Below are positions 20,065 through 28,549 of a DNA stretch of 64,000 nucleotides, piece by piece. The notes under the pieces were generated by a model. It made no database searches and was not told where the DNA came from. It saw only the letters and a list, made by a program, of their open reading frames with translations. The DNA is from an uncultured Candidatus Saccharibacteria bacterium (GTDB lineage: Bacteria; Patescibacteriota; Minisyncoccia; GWC2-36-17; CAYHJU01): positions 598-64,597 of the forward strand of contig CAYHJU010000002.1 in assembly GCA_964357175.1 (NCBI GenBank), in the 5' to 3' direction. Numbering within the stretch: position 1 is the first letter of the stretch; each line of letters begins with the position of its first letter. The position numbers and the translations under genes are program-made.

Positions 20065-20616
20065 CTATTTCTGCTGTATGATATTTTGATTATTTTTTAA
20101 ATTATCATGCGCATTTATAGCATCAAAGATATTTTTTTGAAACGAAGCGGGGTCGGGAAGTTCATTAAAAAATATTTCGCCCACTTCGGATGCGGTAGTT
20201 ACGCGTATAGTGCCAAAATTGTAAAAATGAGCAATGACGCCCTTTTGTTCAACATGTATATCTTGTACGCGGTCTATATCACTGATAAAAATTGATTTGG
20301 AGAAAATACCCTCCTGTCTAATTTTTATCACTCGCTCATTGGTTAAAATAAAAGATGTTAAAAAATATTCCAACATTATCATGGTGCCCAAGGCGAGCCA
20401 GTCAATTATTAGCCCGACAGCGATCATGAATCTAAAAATGGGAGCCAGCGCCAAAAGCCAATCATTGGACAGGGTGTCTAGATATAAAGTTGAAGATAAT
20501 AAAATTAATAAAATAATCAAAGTCAACAAATGAGGAAGTATTCTCAAAAAAACACCAATAACGTGTCTATGGGCAGATTTTATAATAATCTCATTCGGGT
20601 TTAAGGTTATTTTCAT
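20065..20616 (-). CDS. Membrane protein with bacterial PH domain
   Basis: Two TMs, ILTNERVI, RVQDIHVEQKG...NFGTIRVTTA. Confidence 0.8.
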   Translation of the reverse strand: MKITLNPNEIIIKSAHRHVIGVFLRILPHLLTLIILLILLSSTLYLDTLSNDWLLALAPIFRFMIAVGLIIDWLALGTMIMLEYFLTSFILTNERVIKIRQEGIFSKSIFISDIDRVQDIHVEQKGVIAHFYNFGTIRVTTASEVGEIFFNELPDPASFQKNIFDAINAHDNLKNNQNIIQQK

Positions 20617-20620
20617 AAGA

Positions 20621-20839
20621 TTAAATTGATCGAATAACTATTAGTAATATTATTCCTAAAAATAAAAATACTCCCGCAAAAATAGAAAAAAACACCATTT
20701 TTTTAGTTAGGGATAAAGTATGAAGATCCCAAAGTAATTTGCTGATATATAAAATGTAAATGAAACAAAACATCAAAAATATCCACGCGGCGTACATCAA
20801 GTAATTTTGAAAAATTTTTATTATATTAAATAAATCCAT
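20621..20839 (-). CDS. Small two-TM membrane protein
   Basis: 72 aa, tight operon spacing. Confidence 0.6.
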   Translation of the reverse strand: MDLFNIIKIFQNYLMYAAWIFLMFCFIYILYISKLLWDLHTLSLTKKMVFFSIFAGVFLFLGIILLIVIRSI

Positions 20840-20845
20840 AAAAAT

Positions 20846-21880
20846 TTAGACATTAAAAATATCCTGTTGATTGTTTTTATTTGCATTTTCAAGTCCTAGA
20901 TGTTTGTATCCTAAATCTGTCACCACTCTTCCGCGAGATGTGCGCATTAAAAATCCCAACTGCATTAAGTATGGCTCAAAAACATCCTCAATCGTGTTTT
21001 CGTCTTCATTGGTAGCCGCCGCGATTGCTTGCACTCCGGCAGGTCCGCCGGAAAATTTTTCTATCAATGTGCTCAAAATTTTCCTGTCTGTTGCTTCCAG
21101 CCCCCTTTCATCTATTTCTAAAAGATCCAGTGCTTCCTGAGCTAAATTGGCTACGACCAAATCTTTACCTTTTACTTCGGCAAAATCTCTTACCCTTTTT
21201 AATATTCTATTGGCGATGCGTGGTGTTGAGCGGGAAGAGGCCGCAATTATTCTCAACGCCTCGGGCTCAATGTTTATATTTAAAAGTCGCGATGAATTTT
21301 CCAAAATCTTTTGAATTTCCTGTGTGCTGTAAAATTCCAAGTGCGCGTTTAAGCCAAAGCGCGATCTTAAGGGCGCGGATAATTTCCCGGCCTGTGTGGT
21401 GGCGGCTATTAATGTAAAAGGTTGAAGCTCAAGCTGTATTGTCCTAGCCGAAGGTCCTTTGCCTAAAATTATATCCAAAACTCTGTTTTCCATCGCTGGA
21501 TACAAAATCTCTTCTATCATTTTATTCAAGCGGTGGATTTCATCTATAAATAAAATATCGCCCGCTCCCAAATTGGTCAGTATTGCCGCCAGATCCCCCA
21601 CTTTTTCAATCGCCGCGCCAGATGTTGAATGGAACTGAGAGCCCAGCTCGCGCGCGATAATGTTTGCCAAAGTAGTTTTGCCAAGGCCAGAGGAACCATA
21701 AAGCAATACATGTTCTAGGGCCTCCGATCTTTTTTTGGCGGCATCAATGGCGATTTTTAAATGGGCCTTTACTTTTTCCTGCCCGACATAATGTTCCCAT
21801 TTTTTGGGTCTTAAAATAGTATCAATAGATTGATCTAGGCTGCTATTTTGCGGAGAATTTGGTAATTGTTCTTCCTCCAT
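20846..21880 (-). CDS. ruvB: Holliday junction branch-migration helicase RuvB
   Basis: LRPK, GSSGLGKTT, FIDEIHRL, LYPAME, EPYLMQLG. Confidence 0.98.
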   Translation of the reverse strand: MEEEQLPNSPQNSSLDQSIDTILRPKKWEHYVGQEKVKAHLKIAIDAAKKRSEALEHVLLYGSSGLGKTTLANIIARELGSQFHSTSGAAIEKVGDLAAILTNLGAGDILFIDEIHRLNKMIEEILYPAMENRVLDIILGKGPSARTIQLELQPFTLIAATTQAGKLSAPLRSRFGLNAHLEFYSTQEIQKILENSSRLLNINIEPEALRIIAASSRSTPRIANRILKRVRDFAEVKGKDLVVANLAQEALDLLEIDERGLEATDRKILSTLIEKFSGGPAGVQAIAAATNEDENTIEDVFEPYLMQLGFLMRTSRGRVVTDLGYKHLGLENANKNNQQDIFNV

Positions 21881-21981
21881 GGTTGATTTGGTTTTTAATA
21901 TAATATATAATCTCTCTCACGTATTTTATAAGGCAATTTTGCCACAGGGTGGGCTTAGTCGGAAAATGCTCTTGGGGTTTT

Positions 21982-22132
21982 AACCCCTCACCAATTTTAC
22001 CAATAATTTAAAGTGTGGCGCGAGGGCGGATAGCCCCGCCCTATTCGGGCAAGCGCCACAAGCTGAAATTTAAGAAAAAATTTAAATTACATCTGGCCAG
22101 CGATAAATAATTGTAAAATTAGTGATGGGGTT
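21982..22132. repeat. 151-bp IR-bounded element (AACCCCTCACCAATTTTAC...GTAAAATTAGTGATGGGGTT) with nested GC palindromes
   Basis: ~20-bp arms with 1 indel and 1 mismatch; internal tgtggcg...cgccaca and gggcgg...ccgccc. Confidence 0.7.
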
Positions 22133-22159
22133 GACAAGCGTTATTTTCTATGATATACT
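22131..22159 (+). promoter_or_regulatory. Near-consensus sigma70 promoter
   Basis: TTGACA-17 bp-TATACT. Confidence 0.8.
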
Positions 22160-22165
22160 GTTAGC

Positions 22166-22412
22166 AAGATAAAAACCAGCGCTTTTAAACCCCCAGTCGC
22201 CTATCTAAATTCTAAGATTTTTATTCATACAGGTCAATCAGCATACAAAAAATCTGCTTGGTGATCTGCAGATGAGGAAGACGCTCAAAGCGTTTTCATG
22301 GGAAAGTTTTTAGGCCGGATACGCTGGTTCCGACTGGGGTACTCCTCGAAACTTTCCTAAGTCCCGTTATCATTGGCGGGTATTCGTCTGCAGTTTACCG
22401 GGCAGATTTTTT
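22166..22412 (+). ncRNA. Candidate structured ncRNA (~250 nt), family unassigned
   Basis: Downstream of the promoter, no credible ORF; four-way junction with many G-U pairs that work only on the + strand; ends in a U tract. Confidence 0.65.
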
Positions 22413-22419
22413 ATGATTT

Positions 22420-25400
22420 TTATTCTTCTCCCAACGCTCTTTCTACTTCTTCCCAGGTCGTGAGGCCTTTGAGGATTTTAATGATTCCATCCTGCCTTAA
22501 AGTTATCATTCCTATTTCTTCAGCCTTTTTTTCAAGCTCCTGCGACGGGGCTTCTTTTAATATCAATGAACGGAATTCGTCATTGGGAATTAAGATTTCA
22601 AAAAGTCCGATCTGTCCAAAGTATCCCGTGAAATTACAATATTCACATCCTTTAGCTATAGGCGCTTCGTGGGGCTTTTTAATATCTTTAGAAATTTTTG
22701 ACCTAAAGTCCTTAGGTAGATTTTCTAGTTCTTTTTCGGCCACACCCTCTTGCTTGGTTGTTAATTTTTGTGAAACGGAGCATTTTGGACAAACTTTTCT
22801 TACTAGACGTTGAGCGATCGCCGCGTTTATGCTTGAAGCGATGTCAGAAGTAGAAATTTTCATATTGCGTAAACGGGCGATTGTGCCTACGGCATCGTTT
22901 GTGTGTAGCGTCGAAAGCACCAAGTGCCCCGTCAAGGATGCTTGTACGGCGGCTTGCGCCGTTTCCTCGTCTCTGGTTTCTCCGATCAATATAATATTTG
23001 GATTTTGTCTAAGTAGAGACTTTAAAGCAGAGGCAAAAGTATATCCTTTGGACTCATCTACCTGTGTCTGAGTGATTCCTTCAAGCGTATATTCTATCGG
23101 GTCTTCAATGGTTATTATTTTTACATTTGGACTATTTAAGATATTCAAAACAGAATACATCGTGGTCGTTTTTCCTGAACCAGTAGGACCTGTCGAAAGA
23201 AGTATGCCGTTTGGTTTTTTGATTTCTTCTTGAAGCAATGAAAGATTTTCTTCATCAATGCCCAGATCTTTCAAGGTCAAACTGGCGATGCCGCCTGAAA
23301 GTATTCTCAACACAGACGTTTCACCGTAGCCGCCTGGAATTATAGAAACGCGCACATCTTGCGCCTTGTCTTTAAATTTTACATTAAATCTACCCTCCTG
23401 AATCTGATTTTTAATTTCAGTTTTAAGTCCTGAAAGTATTTTTATCTCACCGATTAATGAAGGAAAAACATTCATTGGAATATCGGCTACGTCTTGTAGC
23501 ATGCCATCGACGCGATATCTTATCTTGCCAGTATTTTTTTCTGCCTCCACATGAACGTCAGTGGCGCGTGATTTTATGCCCCCAGCCATAACCAAGGCCA
23601 ATTTTCTTTCGTTTGAAGAATCTTCTATCAATTTTTTCAGGCCATCTTTTTCTTTTAGTGCGTCTTTGATATTTTTCTCTTCATCCTCGGTAATTTTTAC
23701 GCCACGAGTTAAAGTTTGAGAAATTAATTCAGCAAATAAAATTTCGACGTATTCCAATCCACCTACCACTCTATATACTTCATCCAAATCTGTAATACCA
23801 TCAATTACTTTAAAAAGTCCGTCCTGAAGCATTGTCACCATGCCTTGATCTATTGCTGCCATTCTTATGTCAGACGTAGTTGCTCCCCGAAGTGCCAGAT
23901 CCTCCATTTTTTTATCCATCGAAAATATTTCATATATTCCTATCTGTCCCGAATATCCCAAACCAAAACATTTCTCGCAACCTCTGGCTTTCCATGCCCT
24001 GCTAATGCTTTTTGGTATTTCAACTTTAGCGCGGGGGGAGATTATAGAAAAAGTCTTCGTCATTCCTTCCTGAGTTTTTTCGTCGATCTCATATTTTTCT
24101 TTGCAATCAGGGCAAAGCCGTCTTACTAATCTTTGCGCCATAATCACACTTAAAGAAGATGGTAGGGTTTTTTTATCTACACCTAAATCTACGAGTCTGG
24201 GTATTGTGCCAGCCGCTTCATTTGTATGAAGCGTGGAAAGTACCAAGTGTCCGGTCAAGGATGCTTGTACAGCGATAGAGGCGGTTTCATTGTCGCGAAT
24301 TTCTCCTACAAGTACGATGTCGGGATCTTGGCGAACTACAGCGCGCAGTCCGTTGGAAAAAGTATATCCACCCTTTTCGTCTACTTGTGTTTGTACGACG
24401 CCTTTTATTTTATATTCTACTGGATTTTCTACTGTTATTATTTTTATGCCAGGCTTATTTACCTCCTGAATGGCTGTGTATAGAGTCGTGGTTTTTCCGG
24501 CGCCTGTTGGTCCGGTGGTTAAAATCATTCCGTTTGTTTTTTCAAGTCCAAGCCTTAATATTTTTAATGCCTCAGGGCGTAATCCTAAGCTTTCCAATTT
24601 CAATTTAGAAACATCCATCGTCAATAGTCTCATTACGATAGACTCTCCAAAATGTTCAGGTATTATAGAGACCCTGACATTGACGGTATTTATAGTGGTG
24701 CCTTTTTCTTGTATAAAAATCGCAAAGCGTCCATCTTGGGCGATGTTGTGCACATTGATAATCAATTTGGCAAAAAGTTTTACGCGGGAAAGTATTTGGT
24801 TGTAGTTGTCTTTAGAAAACTCCGCTATATCTTGCAAGACGCCATCTATTCTGTAGCGTAATCTCAGAACGTCGTGTTCTGGCTCAAAATGAACATCTGA
24901 CGCCTTGGAGTGAAGCGCTCCAGCCAGTATCGCATTTAATACGTCTGTGATAGATGCCGTGGTTATATGTTTTTTTAAATCCTCTAAGGTCTTTATATTT
25001 TTTTGAAACTCATCTAATTCTGAGCTATCCAAAAACCACTCTTCCTGCAAAGGCGCCGAGGGAGTCACTACGGATTCATATCTTTTCAACCCTATTTTTA
25101 TGGAAGAAGGGGAGGCCAAGAAAGGGCTTATATCAAATCCCTGATCTTTTTTAAGACCCTCTAAGGTTTTTTGAGTGGCGGGGCGCGCAGGATCTTCTAC
25201 CGCTACCCAGATTTTTTTAACTTGCCTTTTTAGGATAATTAAAGCGCTTTCTTCCGCCTCCTCTTTTTTTATCAAAGCCAATGCCTCCAGGTCTATGGGC
25301 GTGTGCAACAAATCAACATAGGGCAAGCCTGCGCTTTGGGCGCGTTCCTGTGTCCTCTCTTCTTCTTCTCGCCTACGAAGCTCCTCAAGTTTTGTTTGTT

Positions 25401-25431
25401 GTTTGGTTTTGCTGAATTTATTTAAAGTCAT
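22420..25431 (-). CDS. pilB: Type IV pilus assembly ATPase (PilB/GspE family) with two complete ATPase domains
   Basis: Two copies of GPTGxGKTTT, Asp box, GE(I/T)RD, GHLVLSTLH and tetra-Cys motifs. Confidence 0.9.
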   Translation of the reverse strand: MTLNKFSKTKQQTKLEELRRREEEERTQERAQSAGLPYVDLLHTPIDLEALALIKKEEAEESALIILKRQVKKIWVAVEDPARPATQKTLEGLKKDQGFDISPFLASPSSIKIGLKRYESVVTPSAPLQEEWFLDSSELDEFQKNIKTLEDLKKHITTASITDVLNAILAGALHSKASDVHFEPEHDVLRLRYRIDGVLQDIAEFSKDNYNQILSRVKLFAKLIINVHNIAQDGRFAIFIQEKGTTINTVNVRVSIIPEHFGESIVMRLLTMDVSKLKLESLGLRPEALKILRLGLEKTNGMILTTGPTGAGKTTTLYTAIQEVNKPGIKIITVENPVEYKIKGVVQTQVDEKGGYTFSNGLRAVVRQDPDIVLVGEIRDNETASIAVQASLTGHLVLSTLHTNEAAGTIPRLVDLGVDKKTLPSSLSVIMAQRLVRRLCPDCKEKYEIDEKTQEGMTKTFSIISPRAKVEIPKSISRAWKARGCEKCFGLGYSGQIGIYEIFSMDKKMEDLALRGATTSDIRMAAIDQGMVTMLQDGLFKVIDGITDLDEVYRVVGGLEYVEILFAELISQTLTRGVKITEDEEKNIKDALKEKDGLKKLIEDSSNERKLALVMAGGIKSRATDVHVEAEKNTGKIRYRVDGMLQDVADIPMNVFPSLIGEIKILSGLKTEIKNQIQEGRFNVKFKDKAQDVRVSIIPGGYGETSVLRILSGGIASLTLKDLGIDEENLSLLQEEIKKPNGILLSTGPTGSGKTTTMYSVLNILNSPNVKIITIEDPIEYTLEGITQTQVDESKGYTFASALKSLLRQNPNIILIGETRDEETAQAAVQASLTGHLVLSTLHTNDAVGTIARLRNMKISTSDIASSINAAIAQRLVRKVCPKCSVSQKLTTKQEGVAEKELENLPKDFRSKISKDIKKPHEAPIAKGCEYCNFTGYFGQIGLFEILIPNDEFRSLILKEAPSQELEKKAEEIGMITLRQDGIIKILKGLTTWEEVERALGEE

Positions 25432-25545
25432 ATGTTAAAATCTAAAAAATTAAATCTCAAATCTTAAACTTAGAATCTTAGCTTAACTGGTTTTTTCTTT
25501 TCAGTAACTTAATAATAACCCAAATGACAGTGGTTTTCAATTTTT

Positions 25546-25570
25546 CTCGCCGAAGCTATGGTGAAGCGGG
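25546..25570. repeat. Degenerate CCCGCCGAAGCTTTAGCGAAGGCGGG-family palindrome
   Basis: ctcgccgaagctatggtgaagcggg compared with 53322-53347. Confidence 0.55.
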
Positions 25571-25700
25571 CCGGCGGACAGGCTCAGGTCCCGCCCTACC
25601 TTTTAATATTGACTAATTTAGATGATTATGGTAACTTTTTATCAAGTCCTCGGAGCGGTTCCGAGGCGACGGAGTTGTTCCTTAAAAAAGGAGGAAGGGC

Positions 25701-26204
25701 ATGCTAAGTTTCTTGGCGATACACGCACTTGCATTTTCTCTTCTAGCGATTTGGTCCGCATTGGTTATGACGGTTGTTGTGGGTTGTTTTAAATCGGAAA
25801 GTAAAACGCGTAAGCTTGAGATGATTATAGGTTCGTTTACGATGTCTATTCTGGTTTACGTTTTTATAAACGTGTCAGATGTGAAGGGTGGTTTTCGTGA
25901 CTTTTTCGCCTTTAGTCTTGCTCTTTTTCTTTGTAGTTGTGGCGCGCTCATTGGCGATATTCTTCTTCAAAAAAGCGCATCAAGTATCTCAAGTGAACAA
26001 GCGAATTTGCAAGAAGGCTGTTGTGGCGTAAAAGATTGCCGTTGTGGTGACGCTTGTCCAAAAAAAATCGGCGCTCGTCCAGTTTTTCCACCCAATATGC
26101 TCGTTTCCGAGACTGGGCTGAGGCTCGGCGCATATTTTCCGACAAAGGACAAGCCTAAAGACGGCGATCCTCCAAAGAGTGGAAGCGGCGTTGAAAATTC
26201 ATAA
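25701..26204 (+). CDS. Orphan membrane protein with Cys-rich cytoplasmic tail
   Basis: Three TMs, GCCGVKDCRCGDAC; own promoter (TTGACT 25609), SD AAGGAGG, terminator. Confidence 0.65.
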   Translation: MLSFLAIHALAFSLLAIWSALVMTVVVGCFKSESKTRKLEMIIGSFTMSILVYVFINVSDVKGGFRDFFAFSLALFLCSCGALIGDILLQKSASSISSEQANLQEGCCGVKDCRCGDACPKKIGARPVFPPNMLVSETGLRLGAYFPTKDKPKDGDPPKSGSGVENS

Positions 26205-26209
26205 AAAAT

Positions 26210-26256
26210 AATCCCCCAGTCCTTTTGGTGATAAACCAAAAGGACTGGGGGATTTT
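26210..26256. terminator. Intrinsic terminator, 20-bp perfect stem
   Basis: aatcccccagtccttttggt / accaaaaggactgggggatt. Confidence 0.85.
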
Positions 26257-26285
26257 GTTATTTAAAAAAATTTTAACTCATCAAC

Positions 26286-27347
26286 CTACACGCAAGAAAG
26301 TTTTTGTAAAATATCTCTTACTATAAATCTCATATCCTCTTTATTTTTCATCTGTCCGGCGCTGAAAGTAACTGTCTGATTTTGTTCTCGTTCCGAGCGG
26401 TCTTGCCCTGAGTGCGCCGAACCCGTCGAAGGGCCCAAAATGCCCAAAACCTGATTTTTTACTGAGGAAGGGGTTTCTAAAATTCCCAAAACCTGTTGGC
26501 CGGACGGTTCTTGAATTAAAATACACACAAATTTTGATTTAGCGCTTAAATTTTTATATAGATCAAGTATTTCTACCACATCGTCAAAGCTTGTCTGGGT
26601 TTTTTCTAAATCTGATCGAGTAATTACTCCCAAAGTAGTGGAAGACGAAGCATCAAAAATTGTGCGCGCCAGCAGTCGTCCCAAAATCTGTCTCTGATTT
26701 TGTTTGGGAGAAGTCGGAGAAGCCAGAGATGTGGTCTCAGGTTTTAATCTCCAGGAAAAAATATCAGAGACGACCTGTGTGCAATTTTTAGCATCTGAAT
26801 CATTTATAAAAAATCCTGACTTTGTTTGTTTTATATAAGAAGAGTGGCTGATGGTGATAATCGGTTTTTGGGGATAGTCGTCCGGTAGTGATTGCTCTAA
26901 AAAATCGAGACCATCATCGCACAGTACTATGAAAAGATCTGGCGCTTGCTGTTGTAGCGCATTAATTAAAGAATTATTGCTCAGCAGAATGTCGGTTTTT
27001 TTCAGAGGAGATAAAAGTCCCTCAAAAAATATCGTCAGGTCATTGCCATTTTTTTCGTACCTCAATCCTTTAAGATTTTTCTGATTTAAATTTACAGTTA
27101 AGGCCACCTCAGCATTCGCTTGGTGCGGCAGAAGCGTTGAAGAGTGCGAGATTTTTTTGAAAGTTTCTATGTGGCTGTCAGGCAGACAGACAAAAGATTT
27201 TTTATTTTCTTTATGAAGAAGATTAGAGAGAAATCCTGACGCGTAAATACTCTCTTCCTGTGTTGGCGAAGGGATGATAAAAACCTGTTGGCTTTTATCC
27301 AAAATGTCGTTCAATTTATATTTTTGTTCATCTGTTATATAGGGCAT
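26286..27347 (-). CDS. Degenerate DHH/NrnA-like protein lacking catalytic motifs
   Basis: N-terminal ILDKSQQVFII, LRYEKNGNDLTIFF, PDLFIVL, QILGRLLAR pattern; no DxD or DHH motif. Confidence 0.5.
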   Translation of the reverse strand: MPYITDEQKYKLNDILDKSQQVFIIPSPTQEESIYASGFLSNLLHKENKKSFVCLPDSHIETFKKISHSSTLLPHQANAEVALTVNLNQKNLKGLRYEKNGNDLTIFFEGLLSPLKKTDILLSNNSLINALQQQAPDLFIVLCDDGLDFLEQSLPDDYPQKPIITISHSSYIKQTKSGFFINDSDAKNCTQVVSDIFSWRLKPETTSLASPTSPKQNQRQILGRLLARTIFDASSSTTLGVITRSDLEKTQTSFDDVVEILDLYKNLSAKSKFVCILIQEPSGQQVLGILETPSSVKNQVLGILGPSTGSAHSGQDRSEREQNQTVTFSAGQMKNKEDMRFIVRDILQKLSCV

Positions 27348-27444
27348 ATAATTTGATTTTTGCGCAATATGCTCTTTGGGTCTTTATACTTAAGAGGGTA
27401 GTTTAGTATCGGCGCCTTCAGAAGTCAATATTTTATGTGTTCAA

Positions 27445-27497
27445 TTGACATATTTGAGTATCACATTTATTATGCAGTTAAGTTCTTTAAAAAGGAG
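27445..27497 (+). promoter_or_regulatory. sigma70 promoter + boxA-like + SD leader
   Basis: TTGACA-17-TATTAT, then GTTCTTTAAAAAGGAG 6 nt before GTG 27504. Confidence 0.75.
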
Positions 27498-27503
27498 AAC
27501 AAA

Positions 27504-27968
27504 GTGAGCTCAAAAAAGAAAGATCCATATCCGGAAATAACCAAGGCCTTGCGTCGTGGGCGTGTGCTGGCAAAAAAACTTCTTAAAATGGAAGGTGGAG
27601 TAATGCCCGCCGAAGAAGTGGCAACACTATTAGATGTTTCTTCTGATGAAGTTTTTCGGCTTCGCACGAAAGGACTTTTGCTTGCGGTTAAGGTGAGGGT
27701 GTTCCCAAGAAATCCGAATTTTTTTAAAAATGTTTATCCTCGTTGGCAATTTGACGAAAAAGAAGGCAAGCAGATTGAAGGATTTAAGGATGTCCTAGAA
27801 GCACTAAGGGAGAATGTTAATGTTGATGATGATAATTGGAGAAAATTTATGTTTTTCTTTTGCAAGGCTAAGAGTTTAAAAAAGACTCCGCTTGAAGAAT
27901 TACGTGAAGGCAATATTGAGGGCGTCGTTTTAGCGGCTCAAGGATACGGAGAACAAGGAGGATGGTAA
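27504..27968 (+). CDS. HTH protein resembling Xre/MbcA/ParS-type antitoxins (start GTG 27504)
   Basis: EEVATLLDVS HTH, YPRWQF, TPLEELREG...GYGEQG. Confidence 0.6.
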   Translation: MSSKKKDPYPEITKALRRGRVLAKKLLKMEGGVMPAEEVATLLDVSSDEVFRLRTKGLLLAVKVRVFPRNPNFFKNVYPRWQFDEKEGKQIEGFKDVLEALRENVNVDDDNWRKFMFFFCKAKSLKKTPLEELREGNIEGVVLAAQGYGEQGGW

Positions 27969-27981
27969 TTAATAAGCATGT

Positions 27982-28007
27982 ACCCGACTCAATGAGTCGG
28001 GTTTTTT
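27982..28007 (+). terminator. Intrinsic terminator
   Basis: acccgactca-a-tgagtcgggt plus T tract. Confidence 0.8.
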
Positions 28008-28048
28008 ATTTAGAAAGCGTCTCGTCTATGATATAATTCAATTAGTTT

Positions 28049-28498
28049 ATGGAGAAAATTTTTCATACAAAAAATTTAAAAGAAACTCAAAATCTCTCTG
28101 AAAAAGCCATTGAAATCGCTAAAAAACAAAGCAGGAAAAATGCGGCGGTTTTGGGGCTTGTTGGAGATTTGGGCGGAGGCAAAACATCTTTTACGCAGGG
28201 TTTGGCAAAAAATTTGGGCATTAAAAAAGAGATTTTAAGCCCTACATTTATTTTGATGCAAAGCTATCCGCTTTCAGGCAAAAAATTTCCATGGAAAGAC
28301 TTTTACCATCTAGACGCTTACCGCGTAAAATCATCAAAAGAAATTTTGAGGTTGGGATTTGAAGAAATTATAAAAGACAGCCAAAATATAGTCGTGGTGG
28401 AGTGGGCCGATATCATAAAAGACATTATGCCTAAAAATACGCTCTGGATAGAATTTGAGTGGCTGGATGAAAATGAGAGAAAGATAACCCTGAACTAA
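28049..28498 (+). CDS. tsaE: tRNA t6A biosynthesis ATPase TsaE
   Basis: GDLGGGKT, SPTF, HLDAYR, VVEW. Confidence 0.95.
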   Translation: MEKIFHTKNLKETQNLSEKAIEIAKKQSRKNAAVLGLVGDLGGGKTSFTQGLAKNLGIKKEILSPTFILMQSYPLSGKKFPWKDFYHLDAYRVKSSKEILRLGFEEIIKDSQNIVVVEWADIIKDIMPKNTLWIEFEWLDENERKITLN

Positions 28499-28549
28499 CA
28501 TTCCAATATTCTTGAGAATGTAAGAATGTTGTTGTGTTTGTGAGAAATT

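Noticed and set aside
22166-22412. RNase P RNA or tmRNA
   Set aside because: AGGAAAGT on the minus strand is suggestive, but no P4 partner sequence was found and G-U pairs favour the plus strand; no tRNA-like ends for tmRNA
22373-22813. 146-aa plus-strand ORF as the product of the 22131 promoter
   Set aside because: TTG start buried in a hairpin, no SD, and almost entirely antisense to pilB
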